Shown piece after piece: positions 39,443-49,917 of a stretch of 64,000 nt of DNA. The stretch comes from a virus. Below the pieces are notes generated by a model. It saw only the letters and a program-made list of their open reading frames with translations, was not told where the DNA came from and did not search any database. The position numbers and the translations under genes are program-made. Within the stretch, counting starts at the first letter, position 1, and each line of letters begins with the position of its first letter. The DNA is taken from positions 64,001 through 128,000 of IMG/VR virus record IMGVR_UViG_3300025073_000027; one strand, given 5' to 3'.

Positions 39443-41152
39443 TTATTTATTTATGATGTAATCTGAAACAACCAATTGTGGACTAGAAATTTGATTAAAA
39501 TTATTTATGCCACATCTTCCAACAATTGTAACACAAATCTCCGTACCACCCCAATCTTCATTAATTAATCGTAAAATTTCATCATCCTCTTTGCATTTAA
39601 AGCGAATTATTGAAACATCATCATTTAGCATAAACTTCCATGTATCTTTATTAGCACCCATAATTTCAATGTCTTTAGTGTTCATTTTGATGTTTTCTAC
39701 AGCTACTAGACATTCTCCAATGTTCTGCCCATAATAATCTTTTAATTCATTTACCTGTAATACAAAATCATAAGTTAATTCTTCTGGTGAAAGAATAAAA
39801 TCTACATGATAAACTTTATCGAAATCAACATCAATAAGCATTTCATTGGTTTTAGCAATAACATCTTTGATATTTTCTTTTTTGATTTCACAGCCAAATG
39901 CAGAATTATGTCCAGCGGCAAAACTAACCAAACCTGTACTCAACATAAAATCTTTTAGATTGTCAATCGCTGAATTGTCATAGTTTCTGCCACTACCATT
40001 AAGAAAACCTTTTTTCCAATCCAGTTCACGTACTAAAATACAAGGTTTAGAATATTGTGAAGCAAGTTTCATAGCAACTAAACCAATATAACTACCGTCT
40101 AAATTATCAGCATTAGCAAATAAAATTTTGTTTTCATTCCATTTATATTTCTCAATGTTCTGATTTATAGACTCTAATACCTTATCCACTTCCCTATTCT
40201 GCTTTGCTTTACAATTTACGCACAATCTGGCAACTCTAGTATAAATATCTTCTTTGACTAGTTCTGTTTCACCACGTTTCTTATAATCAAATTCTTCATA
40301 CATTTGAGAAAACGCTTTAAACATCATTTCTTTTTCTTCCTGAGTAGAAGAACGAATCAATCCGTTGATTAATGGAATAATATAAAACATCACATTAATA
40401 ATATTTACTACACCACCAATAGAATAATCTTGCTTTTGAATTAGTGCTTGAAATAGAGGATTTTGAATATTGCTTAATCCCTTATCCACTAGTCTTTTGT
40501 TTTCATAGGGGCGAAGATCCATACTATCAGCAATAATAGATAATGCAACTAAATCCAAATACTTATCTGCTCTATTTTCCCATAACTCATCGTCCAATGC
40601 CTGCAAATACTTATATACTACAGCACCACCAGATAGTTCATTATTCGGATAATTGTCAAGTTGAGGATTAACAATAACAGCATAAGGGTTATCTATTTCT
40701 CTTTGGTGGTGATCTAAAATAATAACATCAATACCTCTTTCTCGTAGTGCCTTACATTGATTAACATCATTAGTTCCAGCATCCGGTACAAAAAGAAGTT
40801 TAATATTATTTGGTATTTTTATCTCAGAACTAAGGCCATGTTGTTTTTTGGTATGAATATAATATTCAATATGTCCTTCAGGATAAATTTCTTTCAAATA
40901 TTGATATAAAATACTAGCAGAACATTGTCCATCAGCATCGGAATCTACAACAATACCAATATCACTTAAAAGTTCAATGTGTTTTAAAAGTAAACTTACC
41001 GCTTCTTGAATGTTCGCCAATGACGAAAAAGAATGTAAGCAAGAGTCGTCCAACGTGAGATATTTTTTAGCATCTATTCCTCGATTATTTAATATTATCT
41101 CTTTGGGAGAATTTTTGTTTAAATTATAATCATTAACTAATTTATATTTCAT
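39443..41152 (-). CDS. recJ: RecJ-like DHH exonuclease
   Basis: DSDADG, ILDHH, GSGR, GHNSAFG. Confidence 0.88.
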   Translation of the reverse strand: MKYKLVNDYNLNKNSPKEIILNNRGIDAKKYLTLDDSCLHSFSSLANIQEAVSLLLKHIELLSDIGIVVDSDADGQCSASILYQYLKEIYPEGHIEYYIHTKKQHGLSSEIKIPNNIKLLFVPDAGTNDVNQCKALRERGIDVIILDHHQREIDNPYAVIVNPQLDNYPNNELSGGAVVYKYLQALDDELWENRADKYLDLVALSIIADSMDLRPYENKRLVDKGLSNIQNPLFQALIQKQDYSIGGVVNIINVMFYIIPLINGLIRSSTQEEKEMMFKAFSQMYEEFDYKKRGETELVKEDIYTRVARLCVNCKAKQNREVDKVLESINQNIEKYKWNENKILFANADNLDGSYIGLVAMKLASQYSKPCILVRELDWKKGFLNGSGRNYDNSAIDNLKDFMLSTGLVSFAAGHNSAFGCEIKKENIKDVIAKTNEMLIDVDFDKVYHVDFILSPEELTYDFVLQVNELKDYYGQNIGECLVAVENIKMNTKDIEIMGANKDTWKFMLNDDVSIIRFKCKEDDEILRLINEDWGGTEICVTIVGRCGINNFNQISSPQLVVSDYIINK

Positions 41153-42100
41153 TTATAATCCTTTATTATTTATATTTATATATGCCTTTTTTAACCATTC
41201 TATAAATAAATTTTGAGGCATATTATTTTTTGATTTATTACATATTTTACAGCACGAAACTACATTATTTTCAATATATCCCTTATTTGAATCAATTCTG
41301 TCTATCCCATTATAATTAAAAATTTCACCTGTTTTATTAATCAATATATTACTTGCTATTTCTCCACAATAATAACAATTTCCGCGTACTAATTCGGTAA
41401 AATATTCCCTTGACAAATTAAATTCTATATTTTTATTTTTAGCCCTTTGTTTATAGTTTTTAATAATTCTATTTATAAGTACATAATCTCTATCTTTATT
41501 AATTTTATTAATATTTAATTTATCAAAAGAAAGACATCCGCAAGATTGAGTATTACCACTACGTAAACTACCATGTTGTACAATAATTTTATTTCCGCAA
41601 TCACATATACATTCCCAATAAGTTTTTTTCTTATTTTCGTATTTAATTTGTCGAAGAACTAATAGACGATTAAATTTTATGCCAGTTAAATCTACAAAAC
41701 AAGCTTCTCTCAATTTTTCGATTCTAAGGCAACCACACGATTGAGTTGTTCCATTTTTTAAATTACTACCTATAACAACCGCGTTTTTTCCACAATCACA
41801 TAAACAATTCCAATAACTATGTTTTCTATTCATATACGCAAAAGATAAAACCAATAATCTTCCAAATTTCTGTCCATTTAATTTTAAAACACTATTTCCC
41901 TTATTTCCTTCTTTTAATAAACAACCGCAAGATTTTACTCTACCCGATTTTAAATCACTTGTTTTTAAAATTTTTTCATTTCCACAATCACATACACATA
42001 ACCAAAATGCACCGGATTTTTGATTTTTCGGTTTCTCAACTCGTTTTACAACAGTTAATTTATTAAATTTTTGTCCAATTAAATCTTTAGTTTTATTCAA
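41153..42100 (-). CDS. HNH-family homing endonuclease
   Basis: Three CxCDCG repeats, GIDRIDSNKGY..NVVSCC..CN; paralog of 1732-2469. Confidence 0.85.
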   Translation of the reverse strand: MNKTKDLIGQKFNKLTVVKRVEKPKNQKSGAFWLCVCDCGNEKILKTSDLKSGRVKSCGCLLKEGNKGNSVLKLNGQKFGRLLVLSFAYMNRKHSYWNCLCDCGKNAVVIGSNLKNGTTQSCGCLRIEKLREACFVDLTGIKFNRLLVLRQIKYENKKKTYWECICDCGNKIIVQHGSLRSGNTQSCGCLSFDKLNINKINKDRDYVLINRIIKNYKQRAKNKNIEFNLSREYFTELVRGNCYYCGEIASNILINKTGEIFNYNGIDRIDSNKGYIENNVVSCCKICNKSKNNMPQNLFIEWLKKAYININNKGL

Positions 42101-42124
42101 TGTATTTATCTCTTATAATTTATA

Positions 42125-42227
42125 ATAAAATAGTCCTTTTATTGGTTTTTTACCCCCTATATATAGGGATCAATTGTTTATATCTCCCATATATGGGGTG
42201 TGATTTACGATAAAACTTTCTTTTTAT
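42125..42227. promoter_or_regulatory. palindrome / NrdR-like box / NrdR-like box / palindrome
   Basis: Cores 42125-42142 and 42210-42227; boxes CCCCTATATATAGGGA (42154) and CTCCCATATATGGGGT (42184). Confidence 0.6.
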
Positions 42228-42967
42228 TATATTTTTTCTAGTCGTTCTTCCGCTATTTCACAATAATATTTGTTATTATCAATTCCTATATAATTTCGAT
42301 TTAATTTTTTTGCACAATAAGCAGTAGTACCAGATCCCAAAAAACAATCCAACACTATATCATTTTTAGTTGTATGAGCGAGAATTATTCGTTCAATTGC
42401 TTTTTCTGGTTTTGGAGTAAAATGATTTTTATCTTTCTTAATAATATCTTTTATTCCTGTAAGACCAGATAAAGTTTCCTCTTTTATATCAGTCCACACA
42501 TTTGTTAGTCTTTTATATTCTTTTTTTAATCTCTTAATCCAGGCATCATCATATTTTTCTGTAGAATATTGACATTCTGTATTCCAAATAAACTTTTTAT
42601 TATCTTTTACAAACCACAAAACTTCTTCTCTGGTGTAAAGCCACCCCTTTCTCATTCCCATTCCACGTTGTTTTTTCCATGTAATCCAATCTTTAAAATA
42701 CCATCCAGTATTTTTGAATATCAAAAACCAATTAATTATAGTTTGAGATTTTTCACCAATACCGCCCCAACAATAAAAATTTCCAGTTGATTTCAATACC
42801 CGAAATAATTCTTTGGATAATTGAGGGGAAACAACATCTTTTTTGTCCCATTGTTCTTTTGTAACTATGTATGGAGGATCAATAATTATTAAATCTACAG
42901 AATTATCTTCTATTAAATTTAATCCTTGAACACAGTCCATATTATATATTTTATTTATTTCAAGCAT
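42227..42967 (-). CDS. DNA methyltransferase, beta class
   Basis: DPPY before HFTPKPE and DCFLGSGTT. Confidence 0.88.
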   Translation of the reverse strand: MLEINKIYNMDCVQGLNLIEDNSVDLIIIDPPYIVTKEQWDKKDVVSPQLSKELFRVLKSTGNFYCWGGIGEKSQTIINWFLIFKNTGWYFKDWITWKKQRGMGMRKGWLYTREEVLWFVKDNKKFIWNTECQYSTEKYDDAWIKRLKKEYKRLTNVWTDIKEETLSGLTGIKDIIKKDKNHFTPKPEKAIERIILAHTTKNDIVLDCFLGSGTTAYCAKKLNRNYIGIDNNKYYCEIAEERLEKI

Positions 42968-43008
42968 TTTATCCTTTATATATTATTCTTATTTATTATA
43001 AAAACCCA

Positions 43009-43026
43009 ATAAAAACTATTTTTTAT
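43009..43026. repeat. junction palindrome
   Basis: ATAAAA ACTATT TTTTAT. Confidence 0.7.
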
Positions 43027-43454
43027 TATAAATTTCTCCAATACTCACGAATTCTTTCCATTAGTTCAGGAGAATATACTTCTAATCCAACCAATTCTCT
43101 TAATTTATTTATTAATGGAAAATTCTCTGATTGCCAATAATCATCAATACCTTCTTCTAAAATAATTTTTAGATCATTTGAATTTATGATTTTATATTTA
43201 TTTACCTGCGATATTGTAAATTGACCACCACAACCACATAAGGGACAATCTTGATCGTGCAATTCATCAACCATAATAACCAATGATCCACACTTATCAC
43301 AATTCCATGCACTTTGAACATAATGATCATTTATTTTTCTATTTAACACGCGTATTCCTACTAATGGTTGACAACAATTATTAGGACATTCTTCATCATT
43401 TCTATCTAATGGAATTGATTCCCAAAATTTATCAAAATCTATTTTATTTTCCAT
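43026..43454 (-). CDS. Cys-rich hypothetical protein
   Basis: CPNNC, CDKCG, CPLCG. Confidence 0.55.
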   Translation of the reverse strand: MENKIDFDKFWESIPLDRNDEECPNNCCQPLVGIRVLNRKINDHYVQSAWNCDKCGSLVIMVDELHDQDCPLCGCGGQFTISQVNKYKIINSNDLKIILEEGIDDYWQSENFPLINKLRELVGLEVYSPELMERIREYWRNL

Positions 43455-43466
43455 ATTGTGTTCCTA

Positions 43467-44480
43467 TTATTTAATTCTATATATATTGTCCTTTGCCAAT
43501 TTTTCAAATTTTTGGCAATTATCGGAAGGTGATTCCTTTTCTCCCAAAATATTATCTCTATCGAACATTGCCCAAATTTCTATTCCATCTATAAATTGAT
43601 TTGCCATATGTTGTACCTTTTCTTCACTCACATCTTTATCAAAAGCGATACAGATAGGAACAGCTAATCTACTTAATTTCTCTATTTGGGTTTTAGATAC
43701 CTTTTCACCACCAGTAGCAACAGCGTTTTTGTAACCATAACTCCATAGTTGTAAAACACCTTTTTCTGCTTCTGTGACCCATGCCCAATTCTTTTCTTTT
43801 ATATAAGGATATGTAAGATGATATCCATAGAGTATTTTTTGTCTTGGACAAGGCTCGATATAGAGGTACTTTAAATCATCTTCATCAAGTTTATCTTTGA
43901 ATAGCCTTCCCTTTACTCCACATAAAATGCTGGTTTCATCACGTATTGGAATAGTTATTCTATTTGTAAAACTATCATATCCAATTTCAAAAATTTTCTG
44001 AGTCTCATAACTTATACCATCTCGTAGAAACATATCATTGACGCAAGGGGTTTGATAATATGTAAGAATGTTTTCTGAAATAGGTTTTATTGGTATATCT
44101 TCTTCATGACAATTGCCAGAATTCATTGCCTTTAATTCTTTAGTTATTCGAAGAGATTCAGGTAAATTAGCATCTACCAAATAAGGATTTATTTCAAATA
44201 ACTCACAAATATATTTAAGTGCTTGAAAGAAATTTAGTTCTTTATAAAATTGTACTAACGTAAATATATCACTTGGAATAGATAAATCTCTTGTATAATT
44301 TATTACATTTAAATTCGGAGCATATATAGTAATTGCTTGTTTATTATCGGCAGGAGGTGGATTACCCGCTGTCCAATATCCAGAAGAATGCCATTTTATA
44401 TGCTGACATCCAATATGTTCAAGTAAAGTTTCTACTTTTTGATTATTGTATAAATATTCCTTAATCTCTTGAGCATTCAT
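43467..44480 (-). CDS. DnaG-type primase
   Basis: RITIPI..GR, EAEK, AFDKD TOPRIM. Confidence 0.85.
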   Translation of the reverse strand: MNAQEIKEYLYNNQKVETLLEHIGCQHIKWHSSGYWTAGNPPPADNKQAITIYAPNLNVINYTRDLSIPSDIFTLVQFYKELNFFQALKYICELFEINPYLVDANLPESLRITKELKAMNSGNCHEEDIPIKPISENILTYYQTPCVNDMFLRDGISYETQKIFEIGYDSFTNRITIPIRDETSILCGVKGRLFKDKLDEDDLKYLYIEPCPRQKILYGYHLTYPYIKEKNWAWVTEAEKGVLQLWSYGYKNAVATGGEKVSKTQIEKLSRLAVPICIAFDKDVSEEKVQHMANQFIDGIEIWAMFDRDNILGEKESPSDNCQKFEKLAKDNIYRIK

Positions 44481-44486
44481 TCATTA

Positions 44487-46016
44487 TTATTTTTTAAATA
44501 CCTCTCCTAATTCTATCCATTTATTTAAATCAAGATCCACGCTAAAGACCAGTTTCTTTCTAGCACCAGCTCTATTTTTTTGTACAACTGCAATATAATG
44601 TTTTTTATTTAAATCAAAACTACGCTCTTTTGCTTTACCCCAATCTTCATCAGGATTGCTTTCAAAATAATAATATTTGCAATAATCTTCTTTATCAACT
44701 TCTTTAAACATAATCATTTGATCAAGTATATGAACTGTATGTTTAGCAGAAGCTATATTTGAAGAATTTAATTCCATCGGTGGAGTAAAATTGGAATCAT
44801 CACTAAGTTGTTGAGAACAATATAACCATATATCTAATTCTGATACCAATTCTCTTAATTTAGTTGTAACTTCTTTAAGTGCCGCCCAATTACCAATATC
44901 ACTAATTGGATTTTTTAAAGTATCATAAAACATATAAGAAACAGAGTAAATCATTTTCATTTTACGCATTTGATGTTCTAAGTTTACAAAACTATAATCT
45001 GTAGAAACATCCATTACATAAATAAGTCCATCTGATTCTTTTTCAATCCAATTAGCAACTTCCATTATTTGATTATATTCAACAGATTTCTTTTTTAATT
45101 TTCCAATAAATATATCAATAGATTCAACAAAATTACCATCATCATCTCGTTCACGATATATAAATTCACCATTATTGTCTTTATATAATCCCAATGCTAT
45201 TTCACGCTCTTTTTTATGCATTTTATAACCATGTATTTGTTGAAATTCGGGATTATTAAGACAAGTTATTAATAATGCCAATTTCATATCTTGTAAACTC
45301 ATTTCATTTAACATTACAAATACTTTTTGCTTTTGAACCAATGCCAGATAAGCTATTGCTTTAAACATTAATCTTGATTTTCCAAAATTGGAAAGCATGG
45401 CAATTGACATCATTGTTTTAGTTCTAATTCCACGAAATAAATCATTTAAGATAGGAAACGGAAATGTAACGCCCATGTCGGGAACTTCTAAACAATCAGT
45501 AATAATATTACTCATGCCTTCATTCAATACTTTTGCTTCATTATTAGTTAAAATTACTGTATGAATTTTATCGGCTTTGCTACGAATTAATTTATAAATA
45601 TCTAATGCACCAAATAAATTAAATTTAGGATGATCTATTATTTTTTGAACATTAAAACCGTTTCTTCCATATTCCCTCAATAATGAATATTTTTTTAAAA
45701 CTTCAAAATATAATTTAAAGTCATCCGTTTGTGCTAAATTCATCCATGCATCAATTGTGTCCCAACCACCGTATTTTCTATATATTGTTAATCTTTCACT
45801 ATCTTCTGACATAAAAAGATTTATAGAACTTTGATTAAAATTCTGTGTTCTTTTCTTGAAAATTATTTCACCGTTATCATATAAGAATTTGCATACTTCA
45901 TCTTGAAAATCATATTTTGACTTAATGAACTTACTATATTCTATAAACAAACTAGGTTCTTTAAAAAAACAACCAATTAATAATATTTCATTCTGTACAT
46001 TGGCAATTGCTTCCAT
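44487..46016 (-). CDS. DnaB-like replicative helicase
   Basis: SNFGKSR Walker A, NEM, YDTLK, QLS, KNRAG. Confidence 0.82.
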   Translation of the reverse strand: MEAIANVQNEILLIGCFFKEPSLFIEYSKFIKSKYDFQDEVCKFLYDNGEIIFKKRTQNFNQSSINLFMSEDSERLTIYRKYGGWDTIDAWMNLAQTDDFKLYFEVLKKYSLLREYGRNGFNVQKIIDHPKFNLFGALDIYKLIRSKADKIHTVILTNNEAKVLNEGMSNIITDCLEVPDMGVTFPFPILNDLFRGIRTKTMMSIAMLSNFGKSRLMFKAIAYLALVQKQKVFVMLNEMSLQDMKLALLITCLNNPEFQQIHGYKMHKKEREIALGLYKDNNGEFIYRERDDDGNFVESIDIFIGKLKKKSVEYNQIMEVANWIEKESDGLIYVMDVSTDYSFVNLEHQMRKMKMIYSVSYMFYDTLKNPISDIGNWAALKEVTTKLRELVSELDIWLYCSQQLSDDSNFTPPMELNSSNIASAKHTVHILDQMIMFKEVDKEDYCKYYYFESNPDEDWGKAKERSFDLNKKHYIAVVQKNRAGARKKLVFSVDLDLNKWIELGEVFKK

Positions 46017-46025
46017 ATACCTCCA

Positions 46026-46670
46026 TTAAACTTCATCAATAAGTTCATTTAATTCAAAACTATTATTGGTTTTACTTTTAACTTTTGAATTAATATTATC
46101 GTAATTAATTTTATTTCGATTTTCTAATTGTAATTCTTTTATTTTTTGTTCAGTTATCTTTTGATTTTCTTTCCATGAATAATAACTAGTTGTTTTTGCT
46201 AATATTACTGCTAAATCATAAAGTAATCTACCAATAGAATCCATGCTTTTACCTTTTTTAACATTCCAACCATAAAGATCATTTAAATCACTCCATTTTC
46301 TTTTCCACATATCTAATAAATCTTCAGCCGGAATAGATCTATCCATACCTTTATAATCACCTTTAAATACACTTTCCAAACGTGTAAAAATATAAGAAGG
46401 CATAACAATTATTTCATATTTTTTTCGCAACCAAGTATAAAGATGATTTTTTGCTATAATATCATTTACAACATCTTTGCTTTGATCTTTCAATTCTCTC
46501 GCAATCCTTCTCGCCTCCCCTATTTCTAAAGGATTACGCTTTTTATTCACCAAACTACTTACATAACAATCAAAATGATAATATTTATTCTTGTAAAGAA
46601 CAAAATTATATTCTTCAAGAACCACATTGGTTTTACATTCATTGCAAATCCTAGTTGTTTGTATAATCAT
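46026..46670 (-). CDS. replication-module Zn-binding protein (position like SPbeta YorH)
   Basis: CNEC..YYHFDC; lies between AAA ATPase and helicase. Confidence 0.5.
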   Translation of the reverse strand: MIIQTTRICNECKTNVVLEEYNFVLYKNKYYHFDCYVSSLVNKKRNPLEIGEARRIARELKDQSKDVVNDIIAKNHLYTWLRKKYEIIVMPSYIFTRLESVFKGDYKGMDRSIPAEDLLDMWKRKWSDLNDLYGWNVKKGKSMDSIGRLLYDLAVILAKTTSYYSWKENQKITEQKIKELQLENRNKINYDNINSKVKSKTNNSFELNELIDEV

Positions 46671-46691
46671 TTTGCAAATTTCCTTTATTAT

Positions 46692-46732
46692 AAATATGAG
46701 CAGGAAAGAATAAATCGTTCCTGCTCATATTT
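46692..46732. terminator. perfect 15-bp stem hairpin
   Basis: AAATATGAGCAGGAA / TTCCTGCTCATATTT; weak U-tract. Confidence 0.45.
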
Positions 46733-46757
46733 TCACCATAACATCATTATTCTTTTA

Positions 46758-47831
46758 TTAATTAGAAATAACTTTTAAAATCTGTTTTAAAACTTCAACA
46801 TCTTCAATAGTCTTCAAATTTGTTGGAAGTCCCTTTTCTTTTACTTCAGCACGTTTTTGATTTTTAGTTTCTTTATCTAACTCAGAAAGTTTTTCATCAA
46901 TTAATTTGCGATAATCATCTGATGTTTGAAGTTCGGCGGCATGTTCAACATCGCCGGTTTTAGCTTTTTCAACATATTCAGCAGCTTTTTCTTCTTTTTC
47001 TTTAAGTTCTTGTTCTTGTAAACGCTTTAATTCTTTATCTGTCACTTTATTATCAAAGGCAGACATTACACCAATTTTAAATGCTTTCAAATATTCTTTT
47101 GCCGATAATGGTACTCGTTCTGGTATATTGGGAAATCGTGTACCAGCATCTACAAATCCATCCGATCTAAAATAAATATAACGTTCTGTACTTACTAACT
47201 CGCTATCTTGAACATTTTTTTCAATGTACATGGTGGCGATAATATCGGCTTTGTCACTAAAAATTTTGTCGAAACGGGATTCCATATTGGATGTCAATTG
47301 CATATATGCACTATCCATATTCTTTTCTTTAATTTCTCTAATCTTAGTATGAGAAATAAAAACTAATCCATATCCAGCAGCTTCTAAGCGGCGAATTTGA
47401 TCATTAATTAATTTTTGAACCATTGTATGTCCCTGTCCGAATCCCCCAAGCGCGGCATTGAGACTGTGGCATTTTTCTCCTTTTCGCTGAAAATGAATCT
47501 TCAAAACCTTTTCGGTTGCTATAGAAACAAGTTCATCTACAGTATCAATAGCAATAATTTTAAATTCATTTTCTGACTTATTTTCAACCAAGTCATCTAT
47601 ATGTTCAACAAATGTATTCCAATCAGGAGCTTCCACCGGATAAAGATTCGATAAACTAGAAAAACCCGTTTCATTACCGGGGGCTATTAGCAAACCGTGT
47701 TTTGGATCGCCATAAGCTTCAATAACTAAATCTCGAAACAAAGATGTTTTTCCTATTTTTGGTATACCGCGCCAATAATGCCTGAATGATCCAAGACTTG
47801 TTTTAGGAACATTAAGTTTATATTTTATCAT
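46758..47831 (-). CDS. AAA_24/Sak4-like ATPase
   Basis: GIPKIGKTS, IAIDTVD, ISH. Confidence 0.75.
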   Translation of the reverse strand: MIKYKLNVPKTSLGSFRHYWRGIPKIGKTSLFRDLVIEAYGDPKHGLLIAPGNETGFSSLSNLYPVEAPDWNTFVEHIDDLVENKSENEFKIIAIDTVDELVSIATEKVLKIHFQRKGEKCHSLNAALGGFGQGHTMVQKLINDQIRRLEAAGYGLVFISHTKIREIKEKNMDSAYMQLTSNMESRFDKIFSDKADIIATMYIEKNVQDSELVSTERYIYFRSDGFVDAGTRFPNIPERVPLSAKEYLKAFKIGVMSAFDNKVTDKELKRLQEQELKEKEEKAAEYVEKAKTGDVEHAAELQTSDDYRKLIDEKLSELDKETKNQKRAEVKEKGLPTNLKTIEDVEVLKQILKVISN

Positions 47832-47849
47832 TTATGCTTTTCTCCTTTA

Positions 47850-48584
47850 TTAGTTATGCAAAATTATATTTAATTTTGCATTAGGCCCAAATATTTCCAA
47901 TGCTTTTTTATTATAAACCAATGCGGCTTCTATTTCAGTTTTATATCTTCCTAAATAATATGTTTTTCTTTCATGGGTTATATGAACAGACCAACTATTA
48001 TTTGATGTTTTTGCTACACCAACATATTTACTAGTAGTATTTTTTCTATTTTTAGAACCCTGTTGAACTTTAGAATTTTGTTCTCTTAGTTCTTTACTGT
48101 GTTTTTTTCCATATTGAGGATGATTTTCACCAGAATAATCTTTATGACTCGCTTTCATTTTTTTTCTTGTTTCATCGGTATGTTTTCTGCCATAAAAACC
48201 ATTCTTTTCACCTCGTACAGAATTACCTATTTGTTTTTTTGATTCTTCTTTATGTGTATAACCTTCAAATAAATTTCCTGCTGTTCCTCCCCAAGCAACA
48301 TTATATCCCCACTCAGTAAAGTGAGATTTTAATTCTCTTATATAATATATTTCTTTTTCATCTAGCTCCTCTAACGATAAATTCTCTTCAACAATCCAAA
48401 GAATATAGCTATTTTCTCCAAATTCGTTCCATTCTTTTTGTAAATAAGGATTATAGTGATTATTCTTTTTTAAAGCAGCAAAATGATGATTATTTCTATC
48501 TTGTATGTTGATACTAGCACCAATATATTTTTTATTATTTATTATATTTTCAATACAATATATACCGCTTATATTATTATTCAT
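47850..48584 (-). CDS. GIY-YIG homing endonuclease with NUMOD3 and AP2 domains
   Basis: SGIYCI..KYIGAS; HTDETRKKM; SKYVGV..YLGRY..EAALVYN. Confidence 0.88.
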   Translation of the reverse strand: MNNNISGIYCIENIINNKKYIGASINIQDRNNHHFAALKKNNHYNPYLQKEWNEFGENSYILWIVEENLSLEELDEKEIYYIRELKSHFTEWGYNVAWGGTAGNLFEGYTHKEESKKQIGNSVRGEKNGFYGRKHTDETRKKMKASHKDYSGENHPQYGKKHSKELREQNSKVQQGSKNRKNTTSKYVGVAKTSNNSWSVHITHERKTYYLGRYKTEIEAALVYNKKALEIFGPNAKLNIILHN

Positions 48585-48651
48585 ATTATCAATTATAGAA
48601 AAGAAAGGAATGATCGCACCATTCCTTATATTTACTCACTCCTACCCATTC

Positions 48652-49725
48652 TTACCAAGGAGTATCCGAATCATCCTCATCATCATCAGATTTACTACCC
48701 CAATCATCATCGTTACTACTACCACCAGCAGTTTCAAATTCCTTTTCTTTATCTGCTAACTTCTTTAATTCTTCCAAAGCCGCATCCATCTTCTTTTCAG
48801 AATAAGTTTCTGTATCTACGGTATCCTTGTCAGCACCAGTAATTAGCCTGAGGGTTCTATAAGGAGCAAAAGTACGCTTCATTTTATTGCCTGTACCCCA
48901 CCCATCATCATCTTCATTATCCACATCTACTTCATCGGTATTGCGAATAGTTGTAATGTCCCCATAGGTTTCAATAAAAGTATAAGGCTTAAGATTTTTC
49001 CTAAAATTAGAAGCCAACTTATTATTTTCAATATAAAATTCAGAAGTTTCAATAGAATTATAATTTACAACATTGCCGATAAGAACAAATCTACCCTCTT
49101 GTTCTTCGTCTTTTTCAATACTTTGGAAAACAAGATTTTGAGTAAAGTTCGCTGTTACCTCAAAATCATCAGCATCAAAATCAACATCTTGGCAACGAGA
49201 GATTTGCTGAGGAATTAGTTTTACGGAATTAACAATATCACCATTCTGATTTTGATAATGACTATATTCCAACTGCCCTCGAATAAATACAGACATGCCA
49301 TCTTCAAGATGTTCCTTTACATATTCAGCAGCATCAAAGGGATGAAGTGTACGCTTATCATTTACTTCCTTGCCCTTTTCGTCATGGGTTTTCACTAATC
49401 CGAGGTTAATTCCTATTAAACGATAACCTTCTTTGGAAAACTTATTGCGATTTTTCCATTCAACTTTTACAGTTTCATTCTTTGTATTTTTATCAGCACC
49501 CTTTGGTTTGCCAGAGTAGTATACAAAGTCCTGAGGCATACCATTGAAGGTTACATATAAAACACTATCCTTGGAAACCTGAACGCCAAAATTCACAGAC
49601 CTCCAATCCTTATTGGTCTTGGTCTTTGTTGACTTATAAAACGTGTCTTTTGATACTCCTAACACCTTCCCTTTTAGTTGAAAATTACCGCGAGTCTGAG
49701 GCAGTTCCAATCCTTTACTTGCCAT
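48652..49725 (-). CDS. single-stranded DNA-binding protein (putative)
   Basis: OB-like strands, acidic tail ending DTPW, heads replication operon. Confidence 0.6.
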   Translation of the reverse strand: MASKGLELPQTRGNFQLKGKVLGVSKDTFYKSTKTKTNKDWRSVNFGVQVSKDSVLYVTFNGMPQDFVYYSGKPKGADKNTKNETVKVEWKNRNKFSKEGYRLIGINLGLVKTHDEKGKEVNDKRTLHPFDAAEYVKEHLEDGMSVFIRGQLEYSHYQNQNGDIVNSVKLIPQQISRCQDVDFDADDFEVTANFTQNLVFQSIEKDEEQEGRFVLIGNVVNYNSIETSEFYIENNKLASNFRKNLKPYTFIETYGDITTIRNTDEVDVDNEDDDGWGTGNKMKRTFAPYRTLRLITGADKDTVDTETYSEKKMDAALEELKKLADKEKEFETAGGSSNDDDWGSKSDDDEDDSDTPW

Positions 49726-49793
49726 ATTTAATTATTCTCCTTTATAATTTTTATTTCTTATAATTATTATTTTTTATAACATTGTGAAATATA

Positions 49794-49811
49794 ATAAAAA
49801 CAACATTTTAT
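49794..49811. repeat. junction palindrome
   Basis: ATAAAA ACAACA TTTTAT. Confidence 0.7.
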
Positions 49812-49888
49812 TTGAAATTCAATATATTTTTAGGTCAAATTTACTCCTTTTATATATTTTTTATTACTTTTATAGGGGGATTACAAAG

Positions 49889-49917
49889 ATTTTATCACAC
49901 ATTTGTAAATTTGTCAA
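49889..49917 (-). promoter_or_regulatory. sigma70-type promoter for replication operon
   Basis: TTGACA-17-TAAAAT with TG extension. Confidence 0.75.

Noticed and set aside
19858-46016. Inteins in NrdJ, polymerase or helicases
   Set aside because: Lengths are ordinary and I saw no C..HN splice motifs.
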